Virus record (IMG/VR): IMGVR_UViG_3300036859_000186
Span: 12,345 to 76,344 of that record
From: a virus
Length of the DNA: 64,000 bases
Reading direction: 5' to 3' (one strand)
Position numbers and translations under genes: made by a program. Shown piece after piece: positions 18,908 to 29,573 of this stretch. Within the stretch, counting starts at the first letter, position 1; each line of letters opens with the position of its first letter. The notes below the pieces were generated by a model. It did no database searches and was not told the DNA's origin. It worked only from the letters and a program-made list of their open reading frames with translations.

Positions 18908-19611
18908 CTTTCGCAAAATGCGCGAAGTAAAATTCCCTAGATTTTGCCACCAAGACGAACGATTTCGAGTTCGACTTCCTCAGCGGCTTTAGTTATGGCC
19001 TTTGCTACACACTGATGGCCATCTTCATCTGCTTTCGTGGCAAGGCGAGCCAAGACATCCCAATAGCCACTATCAGTCACGATCTTATCGAGTTCCACTT
19101 TGTGTTGGTGTCGCATGATTCTCTCGACAGTCAGGGCTATTTCTACAAGCACAATTCTTTGCAGATTGTGTGCCTCTGAGAATCCTCTGACACTCCGCGA
19201 CGATGGCGTCTTCGGTTGACAACGAGTAGTGCTCCATCTCACAGCCTCCAGTGTAGACCACGTAGAAGACCAGAGCGATGAAGACTACCCGATGCCAGTG
19301 AATCATCTACTTGACCGATCCCAGCTGAATGAGCGGCGCCGTCGAGGTGAGAAGTGACGCGATGAACAATCCTGCCCAGAACTTCGATCTCATGACATGA
19401 GCCTCCAGAGGTAACGAAACAAGCGGACGAACCAGAAGCCTGGCGCGGCCACAGCGAGTATGACACCCGCCAACACAGCGGCATCATTGGGTCGGCTGAT
19501 CAGGTAGAGCGCTTGGGTGAGCGCCAGTGATGTGAGCAGCACGAGAAGGACTTCACGAAGGACCCGAAGGACGGACCAGTATGTCGGCATAGTGTCTCCA
19601 AACACGAAAAA

Positions 19612-19688
19612 GGGAGGTGACATGGATGAGTGGTTGTCCAGGGAACATTTGGAAGGTAACCCTAGAACGCCGACCCATGTCATCTCCC
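19612..19688 (-). ncRNA. Y RNA-like element 4
   Basis: GGGAGAUGACAUGGGUCGG...CUAGG GUUACC...CCCUGG...CUCAUCCAUGUCACCUCCC followed by U5; intergenic. Confidence 0.68.
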
Positions 19689-19710
19689 CAGCGGGGCACA
19701 ACGGCAACTT

Positions 19711-20529
19711 CTAACGACTTGGCATGAGAATTGGATGACCCTCGTCACCAACCTCCTTGTAAAGCGCTTCTTTCAGCTGATACATAGCTCGTGCCCACAG
19801 CGCTACTGCGTCCGGTGAGGCCGCTTGCAGCACCATTGGGAATTCCCGAGCTGTCTTCTTGAAGTAGTTCTCTGCCCAACGACGGGCATCCTTCGGCTTG
19901 ATTCGACAGCCCTCAGGCTTCGTGAGCATTCGAGTCATGTCGTTCAGGTTGTCGGCCCGGTCTAGAGTCTTAAGTGAGGCCGCGTCCTGATCGTTCGATA
20001 TCTTCGAGTAGTAGACCACCTTCATGGCCGCTTGAAGGTCTTCGGGCGTCTCGTCCTTCCAATCCTTCGTGAGGAGCATGACAAGATCGACCGTTCGGTC
20101 TGGGAACTTTAACGCAATGAGGTCGTGCTGCATGATATAAGTGTCTTCCACCACATCGTGGAGCAATGCTGCTGCCTGTGCTTCCTCATTGAGGCCGATG
20201 TCACGAGCCATCTCGAACACCCGAATGGGATGCACGATGTATGGGTCATCGAAGGCTTTACGCTTCTGTGAGATGTGTGCAGCCGTCGCACACTCCAGCG
20301 CTACATTGATGAGCGTATCGCCTTCAGGTTCAGCCACAGGAATCTCCGTATAGGGTGGTCGCGTCCTAATCAAGTGGTGCTTGCAGACAGGGCAGTCGCC
20401 CCAGCTGTAAGTCTCTGAATGGACGGGGTGAGCGATGGGGATTAGGCACCACTCACACCACAATTCATCTGCCATAGCACTAGTTCCTTCGAGGAACAAA
20501 AGCTTTTCGTCGAGTGAGCGCCAAGGCAT
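19711..20529 (-). CDS. HD-domain small alarmone ((p)ppGpp) hydrolase, RelA/SpoT-HD/Mesh1-like, with N-terminal Zn ribbon
   Basis: AHISQKRK...PYIVHPIRV...AALLHDVVEDT...LTK...KTLDRADNL. Confidence 0.88.
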   Translation of the reverse strand: MPWRSLDEKLLFLEGTSAMADELWCEWCLIPIAHPVHSETYSWGDCPVCKHHLIRTRPPYTEIPVAEPEGDTLINVALECATAAHISQKRKAFDDPYIVHPIRVFEMARDIGLNEEAQAAALLHDVVEDTYIMQHDLIALKFPDRTVDLVMLLTKDWKDETPEDLQAAMKVVYYSKISNDQDAASLKTLDRADNLNDMTRMLTKPEGCRIKPKDARRWAENYFKKTAREFPMVLQAASPDAVALWARAMYQLKEALYKEVGDEGHPILMPSR

Positions 20530-20969
20530 CAGTGCTTGATGTCGTCGCCGCTGATGTCGATGTCCACCGCTGGCAACACCTCAGCCACATCGCTCTCGAC
20601 AACCTCACCATCGATCACTGGCTCGGGCTTCTGTCCAGCCTTCGGATCTTTCGGACGAGGCCGATTGAAGTAGGTCGTCCAGATGACCTCACGGTCTTCC
20701 TTCGAGAACGTCTCGTCACCAGTTGCGGCAAGAGCGAAGGTGATGGCCGATTTACGGCCCTTTTCCTTGTTGAAGACATCCTGACGAGAGCACACCGCAG
20801 TCGCAGAGGTGATGAGGTTCGCCGTGACGAGCTTGCCGTCCTTCTGAACGGTCTCCCAGATGTCACAGATCGTCGTTCGACGCCCCGGTCGCTTTCCGCG
20901 TGGTTTCTCTTGCTGGCGTTCGAATGCCAGAGCAATCGTTCTGTTCTTTGGCAATGTGACGTGTATCAC
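20529..20969 (-). CDS. Conserved phage hypothetical protein
   Basis: AVCSRQDVFNKEKGRKSA motif; AGGAGG RBS. Confidence 0.7.
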   Translation of the reverse strand: MIHVTLPKNRTIALAFERQQEKPRGKRPGRRTTICDIWETVQKDGKLVTANLITSATAVCSRQDVFNKEKGRKSAITFALAATGDETFSKEDREVIWTTYFNRPRPKDPKAGQKPEPVIDGEVVESDVAEVLPAVDIDISGDDIKH

Positions 20970-21017
20970 GGCTGACTCCTCCTGATAGGCGCATTTAACG
21001 CCGCGCCCTTAGCGGCT

Positions 21018-21146
21018 TGGTGGGTCGTGGTGGATTCGAACCTGCCCAGATCCCTCTCCCGTGGACATCTATCGTTACCCCACTACTGTTGCCGAGGAGG
21101 CCCCAGCAGTGACGATAGCCCAGCCGTCCCAGCTGGCTGACGACCC
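21018..21146 (-). ncRNA. tRNA-like RNA with greatly extended anticodon arm
   Basis: Acceptor GGGUCGU/ACGACCC-A-CCA; D-like arm GCC..GG..GGC; T loop GG-UUCGAAU-CC; anticodon arm replaced by a long hairpin (CUAUCGU/ACGAUAG, CACUGCUG/CAGUAGUG). Confidence 0.65.
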
Positions 21147-21150
21147 AAAC

Positions 21151-23666
21151 TTACTCGCCCTTATGACATAGGGTTGAGATGTATCGGCGTTCCTTCTGAT
21201 GGTTGTGGGCTGGCCCTTCGCACCATGGACACCACATCCATGCGTTGACGGAGTTCTGCGACATGGGGCGTAGGACGTGCCAGATGTGACCACAGACAAC
21301 CCACTTTAGGTATTGCAATGGTAGATACCAATGCAGATACAGAGCGAGTCGCTCTTGCCACGTCTTCTGACGCTTCCCAATGCAGCCACACTTAGCACAG
21401 TGGGGCACAGGGGCGTCGTGGCATTCGTCGGTGACGAGTGGGCCGCCACACTCGCAGGTTCCGATTCTATCGGTCACGGTCCTTGTCACCTTTCCAACCC
21501 CGCTTGAGCTGTTCGAGGTTGTATTTTGCCATGATGTCGTTCAATGCTCGGATGGTCATGAAAACTGCCAACTCGTTGGGTTCACCATAGTGGAGCTGGT
21601 CCCACAGCTTCTGAGACTCATCCTTGAGCAGTTCATGGGCGGGATGCTTCAACAGTGGCATTGCTTCTCTCCTTATCCCAACGCCAGACACCGTCCTCGT
21701 AGATCATGACGGTGATGCAGTCGAACTTGCACTTGTGGATGGTGCCGTTGGCCGGGGGCTCGTTCTGTGTGCTCATAAAGTCCCCAAGGGACGAGAGGCA
21801 ACACCTGAAAAGCCCACCTTGAGCAATGCCGTAAGGCACGCGGCTACCCATTACCATTCCTCATCGTTGTCGGGAAAGGCTCGGGTCTCCTTGGCATAGC
21901 GCTTGCACTTGGTGCAGAAAGCAGGCCAACAGTCCCCAGTCATGCCAAGTAACACACGATGGCTCTCACCGTCGTCGCAGGTGCCGCTTTCCAACTCTTC
22001 GCTGGTGGTCAGGAGAGCGGGATCAGGAGGCTTCTCATCGTTGTCACAGGCTCCGGCCTCTATGACTTCGAGGGCCTCACGCATGTCATCGAGGTTCATC
22101 ACCACATCACCTTTTTACAGCGCCTACATTGTGCGAACGCCTCAGAGAGGAGCACCGGCCCATGAAAGAGCGGTGGATACCACACCGGATCGTGTCCCCA
22201 CACATTGCATTGGGTCATGAGGGGCATCAGCTCCCAATAGAGCAAGAGCGCAATGAATGTGAGGACAAAGATACCGAGCAGGTCCATTAGCCCTTCCGTC
22301 GATTCTGGCGGTTGATGGCACGCTTCGACAAGATGCGGCCACGGTTGTGGCGCTTCGATGCCTGACGAGCAGCCCAGCCCACACCAGCCTTCTCAGTGCC
22401 AATGCGGTTCAGTTCCCGCTTGATTCGTTTCTCTCTTTTCCGCATGTCAGCCCCGGTCTCGCTGGTGAAGGTCGTCGGTGTATTCGACATCGTCGATCTT
22501 GAAGTTCTCCAGCACCTTCGTGAGGGCGATCTTGGCATCGACCAGTTGGGCTTGCGTCTGTTGAGCGGCCTTAATCTGGTCGTCGATCACGATGATTTGA
22601 CGGTCGAGGGCCAACTGAGCATCACGAAGCTTGAGAAGGGCACTGTTGTTCATCGTAAACACGGTAGTCTCCTCCTTGAGAAAAAGGCAGCACTGATCGT
22701 CATTGGGGCACAACCTCACCCCATCCCTACAAATGAGGGTGCAGCGCAGCGTCATGAGAGGTTGAACCTCACCTTGCCGAAGTCCACGACACGGCCGAAG
22801 ATGCGGCGTCTAGCGAGGGAGCCCATGCTCTCTTCCATAGCTTCGGCACAGTCGCGCAGCATGATGTATTCCTCAACGGAGACGGGCACAGATATTTGGA
22901 GGCCACGGCCGCCGTTGGCCATCTTTTGACGAACGCTCTTAACGTGGCGCTTAGTCGAGGGTAGGCCACCCAAACGCCGACGAAAGACTTCTAAGAGCAT
23001 GTCCGGTCTCTGCCTCAGAAAGCCTGTCAAAATCTTCCTCTCCGTCTTCGAGCCTGAGAGCCTGTTGACGATGGTTGAGAGGCTCTGACCCTTCATCAGA
23101 TCCTTCGACCTCAAGAGCCCTGAGCTTTCCAAGCTCGCGTTCGAGTTCGAAGTAGTCGTCGGGGCTGAGTTTGTCTTCTTCGCCATGCCTGAGCACGTCC
23201 TCGATGTCTGTGATACGCTGAGTGTATCGGCTAGGCACGGTCGCGTTCCTTGAGCCGGGGGGCACGAACCTTGTGGATGCGTTCGACAAGGAGCTTGTGG
23301 TTGACCTGGGGCTGAAGCTCCTCGCCGCATCGATCGACGAGGATGGCTAGTCCTTCGGGGCTGACCCTCAACTCCTTGACAATCTCGGTGCCCTTACTGA
23401 CGAGGGTTTCGCCGTTGGGCAGCAGGTTTCTGTAGGTGACGGGTCGCACAATGGCGATCACCTTTCGCATAGGGACGCCGAGCTTTGTCACTTCTTGTGT
23501 TACTTCGCAACGGAACATCACGAACTCCTTGTAGCTTCATCTCATGAAGGTGTTGCTGCTCACTATCATGCAAGAGATATGCACGATTGTGAGGATTTAA
23601 GTCTCCTTGCAGTATGAGGGCTGCAGCGTTCTTGTCTCGCACGACCTTTGGAAAGTGTGACCACAT
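21151..23666 (-). other. Run of small hypothetical ORFs, many with CxxC motifs
   Basis: Overlapping or coupled ORFs at 21151, 21467, 21851, 22099, 22287, 22447, 22752, 22951 and 23231; no recognisable domains. Confidence 0.55.
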
Positions 23667-23677
23667 GAGAACCTTAT

Positions 23678-23863
23678 TGGAGTGCTGGGGGTTCAGACTC
23701 TCAAACTTTAGGGACCTATCCGCCTACGAACGACTTCCACCATTGTCGAGCGAACCCAACACACGTGTCCATCGAGTGACAGCTATAATAATGGAATCCC
23801 ACTCAATTACCATGGTCAGTGAGCTTCGATTCCCAAGGCAAATCCTCTCTACTCCAGCTCCCC
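23678..23863 (-). ncRNA. Candidate structured RNA with Ala-like terminal stem
   Basis: 5' GGGGAGCUGG pairs with 3' CCAGCACUCC-A (G3.U70); internal helices UUCCAUUAUU/AAUGGUGGAA and GGAAUC/GAUUCC; non-coding gap. Confidence 0.4.
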
Positions 23864-23865
23864 TT

Positions 23866-23947
23866 GTTATCGCAAATGCTTTACCGCTAAGCTACCAGCC
23901 CCATTGCTGGGGCCGGGGTGGGTTCGAACCACCGACCTTTTGCGAAC
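23866..23947 (-). ncRNA. Circularly permuted tRNA-like RNA (YrlA-type tRNA-mimic domain)
   Basis: UCGCAAA AGGUC GGUGG UUCGAAC CCACC CCGGCCCCA-GCAA-UGGGGCUGG UA GCUU AGCGGUA AAGC A UUUGCGA. The T arm precedes the D arm and the acceptor stem is closed by a GNRA loop. Confidence 0.85.
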
Positions 23948-23990
23948 TTGGGCACGCTTCGTTCAAGAATGATTGCCCGTCCCCCCAACC

Positions 23991-26900
23991 TTAGCCGTGA
24001 ATGAGCCATCCAATGACGAGAGATGCCTCTTCAGGGTTCATTTTCCCTTGGGCTCGCAACTCTTCGGCGAATTCTTTCTTGATCTCCGACGGTACCTCAT
24101 CGTAGCGGTGGTCTTTGCCAGTGAGGTTGTCGCGGAGCCACGGCTCGTCAAAGAAAGCACCCTCATCGCTCAAAATTGAGAAGCGACGATCCTGTTTCAC
24201 GCTCATGACTGCTCCTTGAACAATTCTCGATATTGCGTGTGCCAGAGACATTCATCGGGGAACACGTTCAGAATGTGCCGCCCAAGCCTGCGAAGAGCAT
24301 GCTTCTCACGGTAGCTACCGTGAATGTCAGCATCGCCCAACAGTTGAGCGATAGCAGCGAGCACTTGCGACACATGCCTCATCGGAGATCCTCGCATCTC
24401 GTCGCAGTAGTGATTGGAATACCAGACCAATTCGAGACCAAAGTATTCGTAGATGGCGAACAACTTATGACAGAAGTCACACTTCACCCAAACGCCACGA
24501 CGAATCCTCATCGGTTAGTCCTCCGTGATGCTTTCTGCATCTTGGACACGGACTTGTTTCGCTTCTTGCGTCCACGACGGCAGTGGAGCCTAGATGTTGG
24601 AATCACAGGCTGCAGTGACGAGAGGGGATGACCTGTGAGAGCGGCCATCAGCAGAAAGCTTGTCAGGTTTCGAGCCATCGAGCACCTCAGTCTGAATGGT
24701 CTTGCACTTCTTGCAGGTATGGATCGCCCAATACTCAGCCACTGTGTCGGCTAAGTGCTTGTGTTCCCACTCATGCCCACATTCGGGGCACCTATGTCGA
24801 AAGAGCACGGCTACCAATACCACCGATGCACATGACGGCCCACAACGATGTAGACGTATCCTATACCAATCTCAAAGCCGAATGAGCGGCATGTCTCGTC
24901 TTGAACGAAGTGGTCATGATACACCATTGGGTTAGCCCCTGAATTTGGGAGGCATCTGGACAGTGCCCTTGCCCGCTTTGCAGGCTTGTGGCTTACTCAT
25001 GAGGAGGCCATGCTCTTGTCGAATGTTGATGACGTAGTTGCGTTGGCACCGGATAGCGCTGTCGTAGTCACCATGCGCCTTATAGTCCTTGGGGCCGCCC
25101 TTATTCGTCGATTTGGCAGCACCCTTGCAAGATTCTGGGGGCACGCCACAATCCCATGCTACTTTGCGAGGGCCTTGCCGTTTGCCTGCGAATGCGGCCA
25201 TTAGACGATATTCCTTCCCCTGACAAACCGCATTCCAACGAGAAACGCGGGTAATAGGAACCAAGGCCCAAACCAGTAGCAGCCCCAGATCAACCCAATG
25301 ATGTTCACTACGGGGGTCTTCCAGCCCTTAGGGAATGTAATGACATCGCCCATTAGCTCGGTTCCTCTTGAGGCGTGACTTCGTTCTTGGCCTCAGTGAT
25401 GGTCACATCGATGTTGTCGCCCTTACGGACTACAACAAAGGTGACGTTGATAAGACCTTTACATAGCTGAACCAACGCGGGTCCAGCGATGTTGAGGTCG
25501 AGGCCATCGTCCATACTGATTTGTTCGATCTCAGTGGACAGGTTGATCGTGCGAGGCATCAGTGGGCCTTTCCCTTTATTGGCGTCTCGGCGAGGAGGAC
25601 CGCTTCGAGTTCATCTTTGTATTCCGCCGCAACTTCAACGGCGGCATCGACCAATTCCTTGATGATCTTCCAATCCTTGGCGTCACCACCGTTGACGTTG
25701 ATGGTAGTGGCAACGGCACGGGCCAACACAATGTGGCGAGGGGAAGCCTCTATCTTGGCCACACGCTCCTCAAGATCCTTGATGAGGGCCTCAGACACTT
25801 CACTAATGGCGCTCATGACTTCTCCTTATCTTCTTTGCACGAATACCAGCACGCTTTGGCTTTGCCTTCGTGGCGAGTTCTCTTAGCGTAGCCAAGTGCT
25901 CATTCGTCACGGCGTAGGACGTAGAGACATCATACATCGGTCTCTTGTCCTCGAACTTGAACCTCATGACACCTCCATGTCCCAAACCTTACGTGTGTTT
26001 AGCTGCTGCGTGTCTTCACGAACGATGCTGCTATCAGGAGCAGCGTGGCACATGCCATGTAAAGCATCGACTACCTCGCAAGGAAGTAATCTCGCGTTTT
26101 TGGGTATTGACCCCAGTTAGGGGCTTTTGATGAGTTCTTGGGGTCATGTAGCCATGCGAGTATGGCCTTGCGACCTTGCTCCAGGGGCTTGGCCATCTGT
26201 TTTGCTAACCCCTTGACGAAGATGTCCTCCATCTGCCGAAGGACAGTATCAAGCTCAGGGGTTGTAGACGATTGATTGGCCATTTCCCTCTCTCAACACC
26301 AAAAGGCCCACCCCAACATTATCAGAGGTAGGCCAATCAGTGTGCGCTTGCATGGAGGTGCGATGCGCTTACAAATGGCAAAAGGCCACGCCCATAGGGG
26401 TGGCCTCAAGGCTCTCTCCCAGCACGGAAGGGCTCAACCCCCACCGTAAAGAGCCTAACAGGATTGCAAGACGGCAGCAACGATCAAAGCAATGACTATG
26501 ATGGCACGCATAGCCCAAACGCCCCAGTTGGGGTCTCCAGTGTCAAGCAGGATCGGGGCCATCGCTGTTACGTGCATGGAGTATGTCAGTCTCACCGTCC
26601 GCTGATTCCCTTCCACCTTCCAGTGAATGAGGCGAACCGCTTTCAGATGAGACTGGCACAACCCACCACATCTGACGATCACGCTCAAGGACAATCTCAA
26701 TGCCCATGAGGAAGTCAAGGATGGCGTTAATCATCAGCTTTCCCCAAAGATGATGATAGGGCTTGTGCGTTGGATTCTCCCCAATTGAATCACGGGGTAG
26801 TCCCCACGCTCAATCAATTGGAGGAACGCCCTGTCCATCGTCTCCACATCGGTGGTGTATGAGCGACACTCAAACACCTGCCCTAAGAGCATCTCTTGTG

Positions 26901-27694
26901 GGCTCTCTGATAGCCAGATGGTGTATGTTTGCTGAGGTGCGAACATTACTCCATACTCCATCGTGCTACGCCTACCATGATGCTGATTGCCAAGGTGAGG
27001 TAGAGCACTGCAACGCCGATAGACCAAAGGATCTCGCCCACCTTAGCACCTCCCCAGTTTGCGAAGCTCGACTGTCTCTGCGCTCAAGTAACGAGCAGTG
27101 AGGAGAGCATCATGTGCGTCATTGGTGTAATACGCACGAGCCTCGGTATCCTCAACACTCAAGTCCTTGACTGTGATGCGAAACTCTTGCACCTCAGGCT
27201 TCCAGTTTGCCATCATGTATGGCAATTCACGGATTAGCCTTAGGGCCTCCATCTTCGATAGTGGGCTCATCACTGGCCTCCAGATTGGGGGGCAACCTGA
27301 ACATGTAACTGAACGCGATCCAACCTATGGAGATTGAAGCACAATGCAGGCAGAGATGCAAGTCAAGCCTGAAGTGTGTGTTGTCCTCCATTGCGAAGCG
27401 CCTCACCGAAGCCTTCCGATCTCAATCATGTCGAGGGTGTTCTCACTCACTCGTCAGTAGGGCCAAGTAGCTCTACCTTAACGACCCAAGACCATACAGG
27501 CGAAGCGCATTGGGGCTATCACCCATGATTATAGTCCACCACAGCACATTCTCTAAGTGGGATACTTGCTTACTATCTCCCATATAGTAATCAACCGTAT
27601 TAGGCTTCGATCCACTACGAACAAGAGAGACATGCCCGATTGTCTCAATCTTATGAGGGAGCCAAGCTATTAAGGTCATTTGCGAGTGCCCCAT
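23991..27694 (-). other. Early region of small hypothetical ORFs
   Basis: ORFs at 23991, 24203, 24590, 24932, 25353, 25559, 25803, 26071, 26734, 27043 and 27473, many with GGAG RBS; none assignable. Confidence 0.55.
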
Positions 27695-28587
27695 CCCTTG
27701 GTAGATGGTGATTGTTGACCTGTTACCTTGACATTAGCCCTTCGTCTTGGCTTAGTGAAGTCAGGTGGCGTAGGTCTAACGTGTATCATGAAGCACTTCT
27801 GACACTCGTTAAGCATAACCTTACGGTTACGGATATTGAGTCTTGCCTCTTCCCATGTAGTGTAGCTCTCTAAGTCTTTACACTCAACCTTAGGCACATA
27901 ACGCCTTGTGGGAATGTCAGCTAAGAGCCCCAACTTAATGAGGGGAGACTTAAGCGTTTGGTCCTTTAAGGGGACGCCAATGGGTTCTCTCTCACTCATA
28001 CCTAATGCTGTGTGATCAGGTCTAAGTGGGATGATCTGAGTATTGCGTTCCTCAATACGTCTTACACAAGCCCAAGGGCCACGGTTACTACCTGTATAGG
28101 GATGTTCTTTGTCGGGTATGTGATTGATCAGAGTGACATGAAAGTGACTAGTATCGTTGATACAAGCTTTACACAAGTCACCTTGCTTATACTTGGGAAC
28201 GTATGATATGATCTTCACCACATCACCCGTTAGGGGATCTAGTGTGCCGCTAGGATCGTCTATTTCTCTCTTGACGAACCTATCAATCATTGTGACTGGT
28301 AGAGAAGTGCTTACTTCTACATTACCGCCACAAACGATACACTTAATGAGTGAATCACTAACCTTAGCGATGAGTGTTTCAAGGTCAGCGAAAAGGCTAG
28401 AGTCTTTCACTCTAGTGCCTTGATTCTTGATCTGTGGGGCAGTATGAATGACTTCACACACTGTAGGATGGGAGTTTAGAACCGTCTTACCCTTAACAGT
28501 GTGAGTCTGTAAGGTGCCACACTGAGCACAAGTGAAACGGCCATACCGTTTCTTGCTGTGCTTAGTGTTACACTCTATACAGTTCAC
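27676..28587 (-). CDS. Hypothetical multi-Zn-finger protein, AT-rich
   Basis: CIEC, CAQC, CIVC, CKAC and CQKC motifs; base composition differs from flanks. Confidence 0.7.
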   Translation of the reverse strand: MNCIECNTKHSKKRYGRFTCAQCGTLQTHTVKGKTVLNSHPTVCEVIHTAPQIKNQGTRVKDSSLFADLETLIAKVSDSLIKCIVCGGNVEVSTSLPVTMIDRFVKREIDDPSGTLDPLTGDVVKIISYVPKYKQGDLCKACINDTSHFHVTLINHIPDKEHPYTGSNRGPWACVRRIEERNTQIIPLRPDHTALGMSEREPIGVPLKDQTLKSPLIKLGLLADIPTRRYVPKVECKDLESYTTWEEARLNIRNRKVMLNECQKCFMIHVRPTPPDFTKPRRRANVKVTGQQSPSTKGWGTRK

Positions 28588-29004
28588 ATCACACCATAGA
28601 GGGTAAGGGTTAATCTTTAGTTCCCTATATGTCCCTACTACTAATGGTATTATATAGGAAACTGGACACGGCTAGCGCCCGGTTGCCGCTGGCGCTCCGG
28701 GCGGTCGGCGCGGGTGGTCTGCTGACCGACCTGCCGATGATGCGCCCGGTTTTGGCGGTTGTCAAGCCTGCCTCGGAGCGGTCGGGCGGTCGGGCTGGAA
28801 TGGTCGCCAAACCGCTCAGGATGGCCCAGGACGCGCGATCGACCGTCTAGCGCGGTCAAGCGGCCTGTAGCTGGCCCGGAGTCGAACAACGGGCTTGTGA
28901 GCGGTTTTCGCTGGCAGGTCGGCTTGCGGGCTGGAATGCCGCTCTGAGCCGCTAGGATGGCTCAGGTTGAACGATAGCAGATTTGGCAGGGTTACGTGGG
29001 GCAG

Positions 29005-29040
29005 AAAAGGAAACGGCCTAGGGGTTAGCCTAGGCCGCTT
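29005..29040 (-). terminator. Rho-independent terminator
   Basis: CGGCCTAGG/CCTAGGCCG hairpin followed by a T-rich tract on the minus strand, downstream of the 29064 ORF. Confidence 0.7.
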
Positions 29041-29063
29041 GCCTTGCCGACGATTGCGACGTG

Positions 29064-29573
29064 CTACAGGCTGAACAGTCCAGCCCGCGCCGCGACGCCT
29101 GTGGGGTTCGACCGTGCCGCCGCTTGTTCGGGTCGCGTCGCTTGCTCCGTGAGCCAGTCCTGAAACTGATCCGAGAGCTTGTCACGGAACGCTCCATGCA
29201 CGGCCGCGCCGTCGTCAACGTAGTCGAACATAGCCGTTGGCGGAGCGTTCGGGCCAGAGTAGCGACCGGGATACGAGACGACGATGCTCTGTGCTCCGCT
29301 GACGATGCCTGCCGCCGTCTTCGTGTCCGGCTGTGCAACCAACGTCACGTTGCAGGAGAATTGCGTGCCGTCGATCTGCCGAAGAATGGCGAAACCGACC
29401 TTGCGCCGTCGAACGTTGGTCTTTTCGTCGGTGTAGGTTTGCTGCGCCTTCGGTGGCAGAGCGAAACGCACGAGTGAGAACGGAAATACGGGCGCTTTCG
29501 ACTCGCCCTTGTCCGCCGCCTTTGCAGCGTTTGCCGCCGCGTTTACGTTGATGATGCTATCGCCTTTCGCCAT
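29064..29573 (-). CDS. Hypothetical protein, first gene of the early arm (GC-rich)
   Basis: Start MAKGDS after an AGGTAGG RBS; has its own terminator. Confidence 0.7.
   Translation of the reverse strand: MAKGDSIINVNAAANAAKAADKGESKAPVFPFSLVRFALPPKAQQTYTDEKTNVRRRKVGFAILRQIDGTQFSCNVTLVAQPDTKTAAGIVSGAQSIVVSYPGRYSGPNAPPTAMFDYVDDGAAVHGAFRDKLSDQFQDWLTEQATRPEQAAARSNPTGVAARAGLFSL

Noticed and set aside
23678-23947. Two-piece (permuted) tmRNA
   Set aside because: The permuted element has a full D stem and only a 4-nt acceptor loop; no tag reading frame or pseudoknot set was recognised, and the total length is too short.
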